Of a DNA stretch of 64,000 bases, positions 36,603 through 49,354 are shown piece by piece (position 1 is the stretch's first letter; each line of letters begins with the position of its first letter). Source of the stretch: Azolla caroliniana (lineage: Eukaryota; Plantae; Polypodiophyta); assembly GCA_043228905.1 (NCBI GenBank), contig JBHGNT010000007.1, positions 248,001 through 312,000 of the forward strand, in the 5' to 3' direction. The notes under the pieces were generated by a model. It saw only the letters and a list, made by a program, of their open reading frames with translations. It did no database searches and was not told the DNA's origin. Made by a program: the position numbers and the translations under genes.

Positions 36603-39600
36603 TAAATGTGGGTGTTCCAGCTTATATTTTTTTTCTTTTTGTTTTTCCGCTTTACAAGCAAGGATGAATTGAGCTCCTGGCTTGTGGCTTCATTGTCAAG
36701 GACACAGATCACTAGGTATATTAAATATCTTTATACTCAACAAAGAAATAGATTTGTAGACTGATAACGTGGTACTTGCTTGATAGAAGATTTTTGTCTG
36801 CAAATATGCAGATTCTGGCTTTTAGATGCTTTTGGAGTTTTATGCTCTTGGTGCATGAAGAGGAAATAGTAAGAGAAACACCACAAATTGATAAGAATAG
36901 CAGAAATGTATTTACTTTGTTTGCTGAATATGATGTCCATGATGTGCTTATTTATCTGCAAGAAGGTTGTCTAATAGCTTGAAACTATATATGGTTTTTG
37001 TTCAAATTGAAAACTCTATTTGGATCATGGTTACGTCTTTATCATGATCAAAATACTCAGTTCCACAAAGACCAATATATGTGGTATTCCACAAAGACCA
37101 ATACTTTGCTGGCTGTTCTTGCCGAGAAAACAAATTTGAGAATTATTATCTGTGTGTTCTGGTGATCTCAATAGCATCAGTTGGTTTGAACAGCCTTTTC
37201 AATGCTCTGGAAATGGAAGGCCTGCCAGGATGTATACCTGTGAATGCAGTAGGATTCATCAAAAAGAAGAGTTTTGGAAAACAATCTGTCACAAGGACAA
37301 GTTTGGAATGTTTTGTGCTCTCCAAGAAAGAACTTGAGTTTTTGCTGAAGAATACATGCTTATAATCTTGTACTTGCGCTAAAAGTTACTGTTTTATTTA
37401 TTGAATATTGGTGATCTATGAAGCTATGTTTGGTCATTTTTAAAGATATATTCTGAGTAACCCCGTCACTGATCTTAGTTTACCCATTGAGTTAGATGGG
37501 CGTGTAGCAACCTTAAATGTATATGTCCAGATTTTAAAGCTGTGAAAAAACATACGTCATACTGCAATCATTCATATCATAGTGATATGATCTAGGAAAG
37601 GTGTATTTTCTGTCGAAGTTATATGCACCATTAACATGTCATGAACTTGGATGCATGGGAAGCTATTCATATTGTTTCCAGATAATCCATTTTTTTGAAT
37701 CATCCTTTCTGGATCCATTCTAGTAAAAGTATATCATTGTAGATTGACATGTCTTTGGTTGGCCACTCAGGTCATCAACTATCTTTTCCATATGATACAA
37801 AAATGAAGTAAATTAGTGTTATCTAATAGATTTTGTTGTCTCTTAATGAGCACATCGTCTTATGTTTTCAAGCTTCAAGATCCTTGTAACTTGCAAAGAT
37901 GTGGATGCACAAATTTGGAGCTTACTAACATGTGTCATGGACTTGTCCATCAGCTTATTAGTAGTATTAAATTTAACGAGGTTTTGGCACTATTTAGATT
38001 TTTGTGTTATTTATGGTCAACATTAGAAACATATGCATTTCTTTTCAATAGGGTCACATTCTTGGCCCTACGGGTATTCTAGTTGCCCAACGATCAAGCC
38101 CATTATAGTTGATCGACAACTAATCCATAGTGTTCATTGTTGTGATCGCCTTGGCATGCTTCTTGTAATTCTCATGATATTCCAAAGCATGTCTATGCTC
38201 TTTTCTTTAAACATTTCTAGTTTGGCAAGTATAAGAGACTTCTTGGTTCCATTTCATCACCTCATCTTGATAAATCTCACATGTAATAGGAAAGAAAAGC
38301 AAGAAGCTATAGAATATATGTGATATTTTTTCACACTTAATACAATTATGCAAATTTGGGAGAATTGGTGTGAATGTTCTTACATGGACATTTTGATGTG
38401 ACAAGTACTATGCCCCACACATATGGTACCTTCTTGTCTCTAATGTTACCGATCAGCGTTCAAAAACAAAAATGTATCTATTACGATTGTGATGCGACCA
38501 CATATGCCACCTAGCATAGTATTTAAAGAAGTGTAGTGTAGCCCAATTTAGCATCAACCCCAACAAACGCGTGTGTGTGATTAGATATGGGCCCAGTTTG
38601 GTTTTGGTTTGGTTCAGTTTCTTGGCCATGAAACCAAACTAAACTATTAATGCAAATTGTGATATGCAATGGGATGTAGTTAGGCCACTTCACTAGCAAG
38701 AATGTCCTTACATCAACCTTAGCAAGGTTAAAGCTAGAATGGTACTCGCCCATTTTACACAGAAACAAGGAACGCTTAGGAAGATGATCTATAAGATGAA
38801 TAATGTCAAGCCCTAACTGTTTGGTAGAATTTCACATTTCATGCTAGAGGCTGAATTCTAATTTGTAACCTTCCACAACTGAGGGTATGTGTCGCCCCAT
38901 CGATCTAATTCCATATGCCATCGACAATGTCCCAACCATTGCTCCATCACCCTGGATACCTCTATAAGTCGTCACACTAACTTAATTCTTTCTAGAGGTA
39001 CCAAAGGTCATTGATTCCCCCATTGATGCCAGATGAAGATGTAGACGATGAAGTGATCCTGAGTATACCGGTCAAGCTCTTGTCCCCCTATTTTAGTCCC
39101 ATGCCCTACGCTACCTTACTAAATTTGTTTGCAAAATTTGTTGTTCTATGTGCATGTTGTTGTAGTAGTGTTGGCTGAAAATGAGATAGGGACCTACCAA
39201 AACTTGTATAAAATTTGATCGAAGGGCACACAATTGTAGTAGTATAACAACATTAACAAACACAATATAGTTTTGATAGGATCCACCCAATATAAAGAGT
39301 GGAAGAGCATTTATTAGGCCAAAAACTACCAAAGGCACATTTCTTCTTACAGTCACCCATTTCCAAGGTCACTCAATAGTTTTGTAGCATCCCCACTTCC
39401 ATTGTTAAACACTCCCTTCACTCAGGAACTTAATATAGTGTTTCTAGATGGCTACGCTTTTACGAGAGTAAAAACATTTCTTGCAGCAATAACAAATATA
39501 ACAAGAAGAATATGTTTATAGTTGGGAGATTGATGTAAATGTTGCAACTTGCACCATTTTTTGAGAGCCAAGGAAATATTCATACTAACAGTAATTTGTT

Positions 39601-41799
39601 TAGAGGGAGATTAATGGTTGCACATTAATCTAGGACCATAATTTTCTATATACACTTCTTGACCAAAGGCACTCCTCCATTATGTAATCAACCGTAAACT
39701 TTAAACTAATTAACTTTTGATGAGCCATAGAGAGAGGGAGAGAGAGAAAGAAAGATATGTTAACGTCTTCTAAGACCAAAATTTGTGACTTGTGAAACAA
39801 TTGGTTACAACAAAATGGGATGTATACCCAATCATCAAAATTAAAATTAAAATAAACGTAGGTAAAAGAGTTGTGGTATTGTACGAAAGATGTTATGGTG
39901 TAACATATTCTATAATGGAAATGGTTATGTGCTAGGCCTAATTTCATTTCCATCCGATTATCTCGAAAAGAAGCGTAAAGGTCATATGGTTTTGATGTGG
40001 GTATGGCTCGTGGTCATGATGTAAAAGGTATCCTTGCCATAGCTTTTAGGCGGTGTAACTCGCGTTCTATTATTGTCTTAATTGATTCTACATGAGTGAA
40101 TTTGAGGCCCAATATCTTAGGGTGTTTGGTTGCTCTTTGGTTTTCTGCTGAAGTGAGGGAGAGGCCAAGGTGCAGGAGTGTCCATGGTCATCATTCCCTC
40201 TTGCTTGAAAATTTTCGAGAGAGAGGTTTGAGAAAAACCTCTAGCATTAGGATAGTGAACATTGAAGAGATCAAAGAAGATTGTCCAAAAGATAAAAAAT
40301 GACTTAGGATACCAGAGGGATCTCTCTTTTGTTTCCTTCTCCCTTGTTGCCTTTGGTCACTTCTTCCCTTCTTCCTTGGTTAACCAATATCCTTACGTAT
40401 GTGTTGTGGTGTATGGGGGTGTCTTGCACAACAAGTGGTTAAGAATCATTGATTGGAGGTTGAATGTATAATTTGGTAAGCAAGTGACATGTTAAATGAC
40501 TTTATTATCACTCACCAATAAATGAGTACGTAGTGGAATGAGGATTGATGCTTCATTATTTCTTGTTTAAGTGAATTTGTGAATGTTTGTTTATGCAAAC
40601 TACTCGACAAGTACATATATCGGTTAGATATGCATATAAGTGAAATGAGGGAGATTCATATGAGCAACATGGTGGTCAAGTTGTGAAGTTTTGGTGGTTG
40701 ATCAAACGTAGGCATGGAGCAACCCTACCTCCTATTCTATCAATGACATATTTGTTCATGGGCCTAAAACAATCAACAAGCTTCATTTTTCATCAAAAAA
40801 TAAATTCTCACATGTAGTAATATCATATTTCGATATGCTTGATCCAACAATGGACATTGAATTCTTTACAAAATCAATGTGGCTTTGTTTGTAGCTTGTT
40901 ATTTTGATTTAGGATGTGTCAACGATTGTAATACAATTTGGAGAGGAGAATGAGACACTTGGTTTCTTCTTAGAAATATCTCGGACTTAGGATCAAAACC
41001 AAAAATTGGAAGTAGACCTTTTCTTAAAATGTATACCCATGAGGTTAGCCTAATTGAATTTAATGTTATTGACAAGCTTTTTCCTTGCATATTTGACGAA
41101 TGTTATATGTTGATCAAAAGCCATGTATTGGATCAACACAATATTGAAATTAAATCGAGTATACATGGATTCGTGCTCAAGTTAGAGATATTTGAGCTAA
41201 TAAAGAACTTAAATTGTGATCATGTGTGGATCTAAGATTGTTTCAAGTAGTTAAATGTAGATATGTCCATTAAGAAATCAGTTGGAGAAAGGGTATCCAC
41301 AATCAAGGTGTTAATATCATGAAGATGGACCACTAAAATTTGTGAAGGGACATTGTCCACACATTCTTTGGATAATTCGGCGAGGTCTTTTAAAGGGTGG
41401 TCATGGATAGGCTAGTTACGACAAACGCTTACAACATGGATTCCAAAAGCATTGAATGGGGGCAAAGGTTGCCAATACTGTAAACGATGGTAAAATGAAT
41501 TGAGTGTCTAGGGTGGGCCAAAGGTAATTACTAATAATGAATAGTAGTGATGGGAAGAAAAGAAGAAAGAACATTTTGGGTTGTAGTAGTAGAAGGAGGA
41601 GCAAGGAGGAGCCATGTAGAAAAAGAGGGGGGAAACGGAGCAAATGGAAAAGGAGGAGGACGGGGATCACACAAGTCACTATCACTTATCATGAGCGAGC
41701 AAGCGAGCGAGTAATAGTGATCCATCCCAATGCCAATGCCAATTCCATCACCCAATCCTAATCTAATCAACCGAAAACCAAACCGTAAAGAAGTCCTCG

Positions 41800-42410
41800 T
41801 CCGCCTCCTATTGTTATTGTTATTGTTATTATTATTATTATGATGATGATGATGATGATGTGATGTGATGTGCATATGTGTCGTGTGTGTAGGAGGTAGG
41901 TGGGTAATATAACTTTTATGTATAAGAAGAATTTTCCCAACATATGTGTGTCTGTGTGTGATAGATTTGGATAAAGCTGAAAGGTTTGTGAGGGGCTATT
42001 AAAAAAGGCCTTACCACACATGTAGATAATGCTTTATTATTATTATTATTATTATTATTATTGTGGTGGTCACTTGGTGGTGGGGGGACGCGGAGATCAA
42101 ACAGGAGGAGGAGATAAAGTAAAATGAAATGTATTTTAGTATGACCCATGCACATACATACATACATACATACATACATACATACATACATACATACATA
42201 CAATACAATACAATACAATACAATACAATACAATACAATACAATACATGAATGCATGCATGCACTTACTACTGCCTGATCATCACCAGAATATTACATAC
42301 ATACATACATACATACATACTGATACATAGCCATCCATCAGCAGCAGTGATGAGTAAAGAAAAGTGAAGTACGTACCTCCACAACATAACATAACATAAC
42401 ATTACATAAC
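41800..42410. repeat. Compound microsatellite cluster: (TTA)n, (TGA)n, (TACA)n, (CAATA)n, (CATAA)n
   Basis: Directly visible simple repeats upstream of the carbonic anhydrase gene. Confidence 0.9.
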
Positions 42411-42633
42411 CATCACCTTCTTCTAATTTATATTATTCTATATATGTATATATAATCCAATTATCACCCCCCAACACACACATACATACACACAACCATT
42501 GTCTGCAGTGTTTGTGTGTGTATATATATATATACATATACACAGATAGAGAGTAACAGACAGTAACCTCCGACTCCTTCACATACTCAAACTCATACAG
42601 TATACTTAATACTGATATTGATTTAGAGTCGGA

Positions 42634-45600
42634 ATGGCTACTGCTGCGCCTAGCTGCTGCTCTGCTTATACCACTACCACCTGTACGCCTGTCTCCCTTC
42701 CTAAATTTTTTATACATACATACATTATACATACATATATATTCTTGCTCTTCACTCCACCCATCACCCCCTGCGATCATTATTTATTATTATAAGTAGC
42801 TAATACATTTCTTAATTCTATACAAGTAATTTACTTACTTACTAATACTTACTTACTTACTTATCAACAGATCAGGCATCAATCATTTTGTATTGCTACT
42901 TGCATATAACAGGCCCTTTCTCATGACTTGAATGTTAAAATATGTGTTTTGTCTCACTTCTGTAATTAAACAGATTGTCTGATATAAATTGTGGTGCTTG
43001 AAATGAATAAATAACGCAGACAACAAGGTCTCATCACGGCCTACTAATAATGTAATGGGGATGTCCATGATCAACTCTCATGTTAAGAATATCAGAGGAG
43101 GAGGAGATCATGACGGCAAACCAGTATTGAAGGTGAAGGCAGTAGTTACACAACTGCATAGTATTAATTATCGTGCTAATCAATCAATTTATGTAATCCA
43201 TCAGTCCAACTAGCTAAATTTATATATATATTACTGTCTCTGTATTGACAATTAGCTCCCATGTTCACTGTCCCGCACTTCTCGTGACAGCTGCCATTTC
43301 CTACATTTTGACACAATAGGGGTAATTATAATCCGCAATATAGCATAGGCAATAGTAGTAATGACCAGAAAAGCAGATATTCAGATTAACTAAGTCTTAG
43401 CGCATATCATGTTGATAATTAAAGGAAGTTATTTTCAGACAATGTATTTAAAGGATTGTAATGTTCTGTTGCATTACCACGGTCAAATGGAAATAACTCT
43501 TTTTTCATGATAATTGTGAAACAGGCTGAGAGAATCAACACCAAAGTTTTCCATGAGTGCAATGCCGATGGTCTTTATACATCCAAGTCTCTTTCTCTCT
43601 CTACTATTCTACATACATACTTTCTACATATTTAGTGGTACATGAGGCTAATATAGAGGTCTTAAATATTTTGCAGGCAAAGCTTTCGAGGAGCCATGAC
43701 CACTGCAGCAACCATTGTGTCCGAACCACAAACTGCTGTTGCAGATCCTGCTCTCGAGAAGATTAAAACAGGCTTCCTTAAATTCAAGGATTATTACAAG
43801 TGAGATTCACTTACTTAATCCAAATGTTGTACCATGTTGATACATAGATAGATTTATAGATAGATAAGGTAGGGCCTATAGTCCTCTGCTAGGATCAAAC
43901 ATAGGTTCTTCCAATTTAAATATGACTGTGATGCTATGGTGTAAAACCACCAGGCCAACAGCTAGAGATACAAGAAAATGTTGGATAGTCTATAGAGATC
44001 GTTCAGGCAGATTTACGTTAAATCTCAACTTAAATCTAGTTTACACCATTAGATAACAACGTAACCGTAGATCTATGAAAAATAGGCTACACATTTCCTA
44101 AGGCTACTCCTTGTTTGGATACAGCCTCTGTGTATACACACACATTTAATGTGGGTGAGCCAAAGAAGGTGGAAATTGGTGTGGAAAGCGTTGTGTCCAC
44201 ATTGCATCTCTAGTTGAACCCTTTTCTGAGAGCTTGTCTTTTGTTCATCTTTTAGACTGTGGTGCTATTATCTATATAGCATCCCAAAGGTTTGACTGTT
44301 AGCTGTTGTACCCTGTTCATGTCGTTCATTATTACCTGGTATATACATATACATATGTATTCATACATGGATAAAGAGAAATAATGTGTGTGTGTGGGTG
44401 TGTGCGCGCGCGTGCGCGGAGAGAGAGATTGCCGATTCTTTCTTCGCCATGAGTAATGATTCGGTTTTTGTCTATTACATTACATTATATAGAGGGAAAT
44501 TGCTGAACATGGTGGACAAGATGTCGGAGGTGGAGGTGGATATGGAGGAGGTGGAGATGGAGATGGAGATGGAGACTGAGGTGGAGGTGGAGGTGGAGGT
44601 GGAGGTGGAGATGGAGGTGGAGATGCAGGCGGAGATGGAGATGGAGATGGAGATGGTATGATTATTATATGATGTGTTTGTGGTTCACAATGGGCGGCCA
44701 AATAGCTATGTGGGACACCCAAGATGGGTATGGGTTGCAAGGGAGTGAGTGAGCTCTGTTAAAATTATCCAGAGTCACGGCTCATGCATGCACCTTTCTT
44801 GAGGTTGCTTTGAGCCTATAATGATGTGCATATGTGGAAGGTGGGTGATTTGGGTGATTGTTCTAAGAATATCAAAAAAAGGGGTCCTCGCTCAAGAACA
44901 ATATGGAACACTTTAATGTGTGGTCGACGCATGAGGCGGTAGCACATTGTGGTAAACAAAGGTGGATGGGTTTGGTTTGGATGATACTTACATATATATA
45001 CTCTACTCTACATATAGAGACTTGCATGGATGGGTTTGGAATCTGGATGATACTTACATATATATACTCTACTCTACATATAGAGACTTGGATGGATGGG
45101 TTTCGATGAGATTGGTACTTAATTCTATATCCACAATGAGAAACTTACCCATTGAGTGATTCAATCTTTGTCATAGTTTTATATAGGATAAGACATTACT
45201 AAAGGAAATAAAAGAGACTAGGGATAGTTTGTGAGCTTTGTGTAGAGCAAGAGATAATATTTTTGTAAAGTACTCTTGTTTTGGTGGGGGATATGCCATA
45301 CAAGGCCCTAGAGGAAGAGGAATTGCAACTATATGTAGGAGAAGCAAAACTTGGTGCAACAAATAAATGTTCCATGTGTCAACGACTTCTAATGTCACAT
45401 CACATTTTGCTTTATTAAATCTTACAGGCAAGAGAAAGAAACATTTAAGCAACTTGCCGAAGGCCAATCTCCCCCGGTAAATGCAAAACACGTAATTTGG
45501 TTTCCTTTCTTAAATTTGTGAATTGAATGGAACTAAAATTGCTCTTCTATTATTTTTTATAGTTCATGATCATTTCATGTGCGGACTCAAGAGTTGACCC

Positions 45601-46997
45601 ATGCAAGATATTGGGTCTAGACCTTGGTGAGGCTTTTGTGGTCCGCAATGTTGCAAATTTAGTTCCAGCTTACACAGCGGTTTGTAACCTTCTGCCATAT
45701 ATATTTTACAGTTAGCATATTACTCAAAGTTTGACAATATTCTATTATGATTACGTGTAGGGTTCTTGTTCCTCAACAGCTTCTGCCATTGAATATGCAG
45801 TATTGCATTTGAAGGTGAGCACTTTTAATCATCCTAAGTAAATAATGTGTTGTGTCATTTCTACTTAATTTCTTGATGGATGGACATATTGTTCCCACTC
45901 ATGGCAAATGAGGCACACCAAGTAAAATGGTCTAGGTGTGAACCGCACATACTTTAAGCTACATGATATAGGTTTCCTCTTACATAATGGCATATAGATA
46001 TTCCCTACATTTGCAAGTTGGAATCCATAAATGCCTTGCATCCCACTAGAATGGATATCCATTTCAGTGTTTGGGCACCTTTAAATTAGTATATTGTTTC
46101 TTGATATAAACTGAATGGAAATGTAGGTGAAACACCTTATGGTCATTGGACATAGCCGATGTGGTGGCATTAAAGCTTTGATGGGAATGAAAGAAGATGG
46201 ATCGAACAAATTTAGGTTGGTATCTTTTTTATTATTATCAAAATTCTAATTGATTAGCTAGAGTCTTGGATATATAACTTGGGTTTTTAAATTGTTATGG
46301 TTAGTGAGTTCATCGAAGATTGGATTGTGGTTGGTAAAGGTGCTTCTGGCAAGGTGAAAAACATACGCCCCGATGCCTCCTTTGAGGAGCAATGCACTCA
46401 GTGCGAGAAGGTGAGCATATGATGAAATTGCTTACTCAAGTGTGTCGTACATAACTATCTTATTTTACCAGACGGAACATTACGCCCGAGTTTTCTAAAC
46501 CACCATATTTCCACTATAGTTTTTAGGATTAATGGTTAGAGAATACACAATGAATCCTTATGCATATGTCAAACCTAAACATCATCCATTATTAAGTTCT
46601 AGCTTGTAGTGATTTCGCAAAGGTGACTCTAATATACATGCTCTTTACTGATGCCTTTTATAGGGAAATATGATTATTACTTTAGGTTAGCTTATTTGAG
46701 ATTTCTATCAAACCATCTTATAAAGATATGCATATCAAAATTAGACTTGTTTGACGATTGAGGCACGCCCCTTTTCTTTGAAAGTTTGCTCTTCTCTTAA
46801 ATCGATCACTCCATGTCGAAATGCAGGAAGCGGTCAATCATTCCTTGTGGAATTGCCTTTCATTTCCATTTGTGAGAGACAAAGTTGAGAAGGGAGAGTT
46901 ATCCCTCCACGGGGCCTATTATGACTTTGTGAATGGCTCATTTGAAAGATGGAACTTGGGCTTCACGAAGGTGGTAGAGTCAGAAAAGTTGGAATGA
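42634..46997 (+). CDS. BCA: Beta-class carbonic anhydrase (~300 aa with putative N-terminal targeting extension; shorter form from ATG 43696)
   Basis: Core exons 43677-43799, 45428-45476, 45563-45679, 45761-45814, 46127-46215, 46305-46410 and 46827-46997 give [92 protein letters not shown] and [16 protein letters not shown], with Zn ligands Cys, His and Cys intact. Upstream exons 42634-42682, 43020-43132 and 43525-43556 are phase-compatible but less certain. Confidence 0.93.
44520..44660. repeat. (GGAGRT/GGAGGT)n hexanucleotide tract in the carbonic anhydrase intron; reads as a Ser/Pro-rich ORF on the minus strand
   Basis: Visible repeat; minus-strand ORF 44480-44740 encodes [18 protein letters not shown]...[17 protein letters not shown]. 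Confidence 0.8.
44963..45105 (+). repeat. ~64-bp tandem duplication in the carbonic anhydrase intron
   Basis: tggatgatacttacatatatatactctactctacatatagagacttg occurs twice, each flanked by tggatgggttt. Confidence 0.9.
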
Positions 46998-48880
46998 CCT
47001 TACTATTCATGTCTGTATATCAAGAAATAAAACCAAGTTATGGCACTATGTACATTAGGCCATAACATTGTATGTGCATATAAATACAAGTGCCTAACTC
47101 TTTTCAAGAGGACAAGTGTACCCTTGAATTGAGAAGCATTTCTTGGCTCTTATAAAAGGGCCATCAAATTTCTTCAATTTCCTACCACAACTTTGCAAGT
47201 GGTTTTCCATCCTTGTATTTATGCCATTTGTAAGAGTTTTTTGGGTTAATGTCAAATGATCATCCTTTTTTCAAAACCCTAAATTGTTGCTTACTAAAAG
47301 AAAAAACATTTGCAAGTGTACATATAGGACTTGAGAATTACATATTAATAATATTACTCTTACATTTATGTTCTCTACTTCCTTGCACTTTGTAATGGGA
47401 ACACATGACATTGTATTTCAACTACAATCATGAGTTGGGGGTTTGAAAGTTTGAATTAGAATATATGGCATGATGGGGTTAGTAGTGGTAGGATGGAAAA
47501 ATATGCATTTCAGAAAAGGATGATGCATGAAAAAGAAGGGATCCACATAAAAAAGATTACTTGTAGAGTTTAAGGGTGACTAAATTAATTTAATTGATGG
47601 AGAAGAGCAATGTTGTCTTTTAGGGTTGGACATGGACTAATAATGTTGGAAGAAGAAGAAATAGAGGTGGAAAACCTAAGGCAATAACTAAATAAATCAA
47701 ATTGTTATAAATTAAGTTTTTTTTCATCCATTCTAGCTAAACACATCTAGAATCCATAAAATATTAACTTTGAGTTTTGAGATGAGTTTGAAGTTTAGGG
47801 ATTATGGAACCCAAGTTTGAACCCCTTTTAAGCCATGTCCAACAACTAACTAATAAAAGCGAACGTATTTTGAATTCATCTTGAAGGCACCCACCCTCCA
47901 ATCAACCAAATAAAACCGAACATATGTTGACGTAATGAACAATCATATTTCACTTCCCAAAGCATTATCCAGCAATCAATAAAAATTGAATCACAAACCG
48001 ATCATATTCCACCCTCCTAAAACATTCTCCAACAAAAGGGCATGTTTCTTCATTGAAGACCTATCCGATTCATCCCCCAAAGCACACTTTGACAAACCAA
48101 ATAAAAGTGAACATATTATGAATTGAAGAAGGCTAGTCATATTTGATGTAGATAGTATCGGATCAGCCAAATCACATTCTATAGCTACAAGGTTTCACAC
48201 CCATGCTAGCCACAAAGTGTGGCAAATGATTGCTTCAAGCAAAATCCAATATAACAAACACTATATTAGACCTAGATGGCCAAAAAGTTTGCCCATGGAT
48301 TGGTGAGGAGCAAAAGGTTCTCCTTCTTGTGTTATTAAGCCAATGAGCTAAAAGAATTTTTGGAATCAATGAATAGATACACACATAAATGCATAGATAA
48401 TATAACAACGTATAACACACGACATACATACATACATACACAAACACACACATCCAAACATACATAAATATACACATTGACATGTCTATTTGCACCCAAA
48501 TCATAGAGAGGCTTGGCGAGGGAATCGCAGCCATGGACAATGCATGGCACTTAAATGAGGGTGCATGTGGTTTGTATCGTCCGATCCTTACCCAAAAAGT
48601 GTGCCAGACAAAACGCCAGCACCCTGTGTCACCAAACACACTACTCACAGATGCCTTGCACCTAGGAAGACGCCCTACTCACACTCTTCAGAAGCCCCAC
48701 TCCCAAGAACACGCCCTACTCACACTCTTTAGATGTCGTGGTCCTAGGAAGACACCCTATCTAGACTCTTTAGACACCCTACTTATAATTATTGGGGCAC
48801 CTGAATTATAAGGGTTTAGGGTATAAAACCCTGATGCATGTCATTTTTTGACATTTTTGAAATAAGAGATTGTGGTTTTA

Positions 48881-49354
48881 TGTTAAATGACTTGAATTAA
48901 TTTTTGTGGTTTATGAAAAGCCACGTCTCTCATATGCATGAAGTATATATAAAGGCCCATGCATGCATCATTATCATGCAAAAGTTAGTGAAGTGAGGGC
49001 TATATATATAAAGGCAACCTTAGTCATTTGAAAATTAGTGACCACCAAGAGTTGTAGGCTTGTGAGATTTGAGAGAATTAGAGAGTTGGGTAACACCATT
49101 TTAGAGAATTCTTGTGAGAGAATTGTGAGGTTATTCTCTTGGGTGTTGGGTTTACTTAGAGAATAATTTCTCTAATTGTTGTAAATTCTCTGTTACATTT
49201 TCTTATAGTGGAATCACTCTCCTTTCCGTGGATGTAGGCTAATTTAGCCGAACCACGTAAATACTCGTGTCATTTAATTCTCTGCTCCTATATTATCATA
49301 TTATTGTTTTCTATTTAATCTAATGTACTATTTGATCCATTTGTCATCCTAACA
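48881..49354 (+). mobile_element. Solo LTR (474 bp), Copia-like
   Basis: TGTTA...TAACA termini, perfect 5-bp TSD TTTTA (48876-48880 and 49355-49359), internal ctatatatataaagg TATA and the ccgtggatgtaggc...gccgaaccacgtaaa motif common in plant Copia LTRs. Confidence 0.88.

Noticed and set aside
41531-42330. Multiple ORFs with poly-H/N/I and YVCM repeats
   Set aside because: Artefacts of microsatellite translation.
44386-44661. Plus-strand E/M/V-rich 91-aa ORF
   Set aside because: Translation of a hexanucleotide repeat inside an intron; starts at GTG; no domain.
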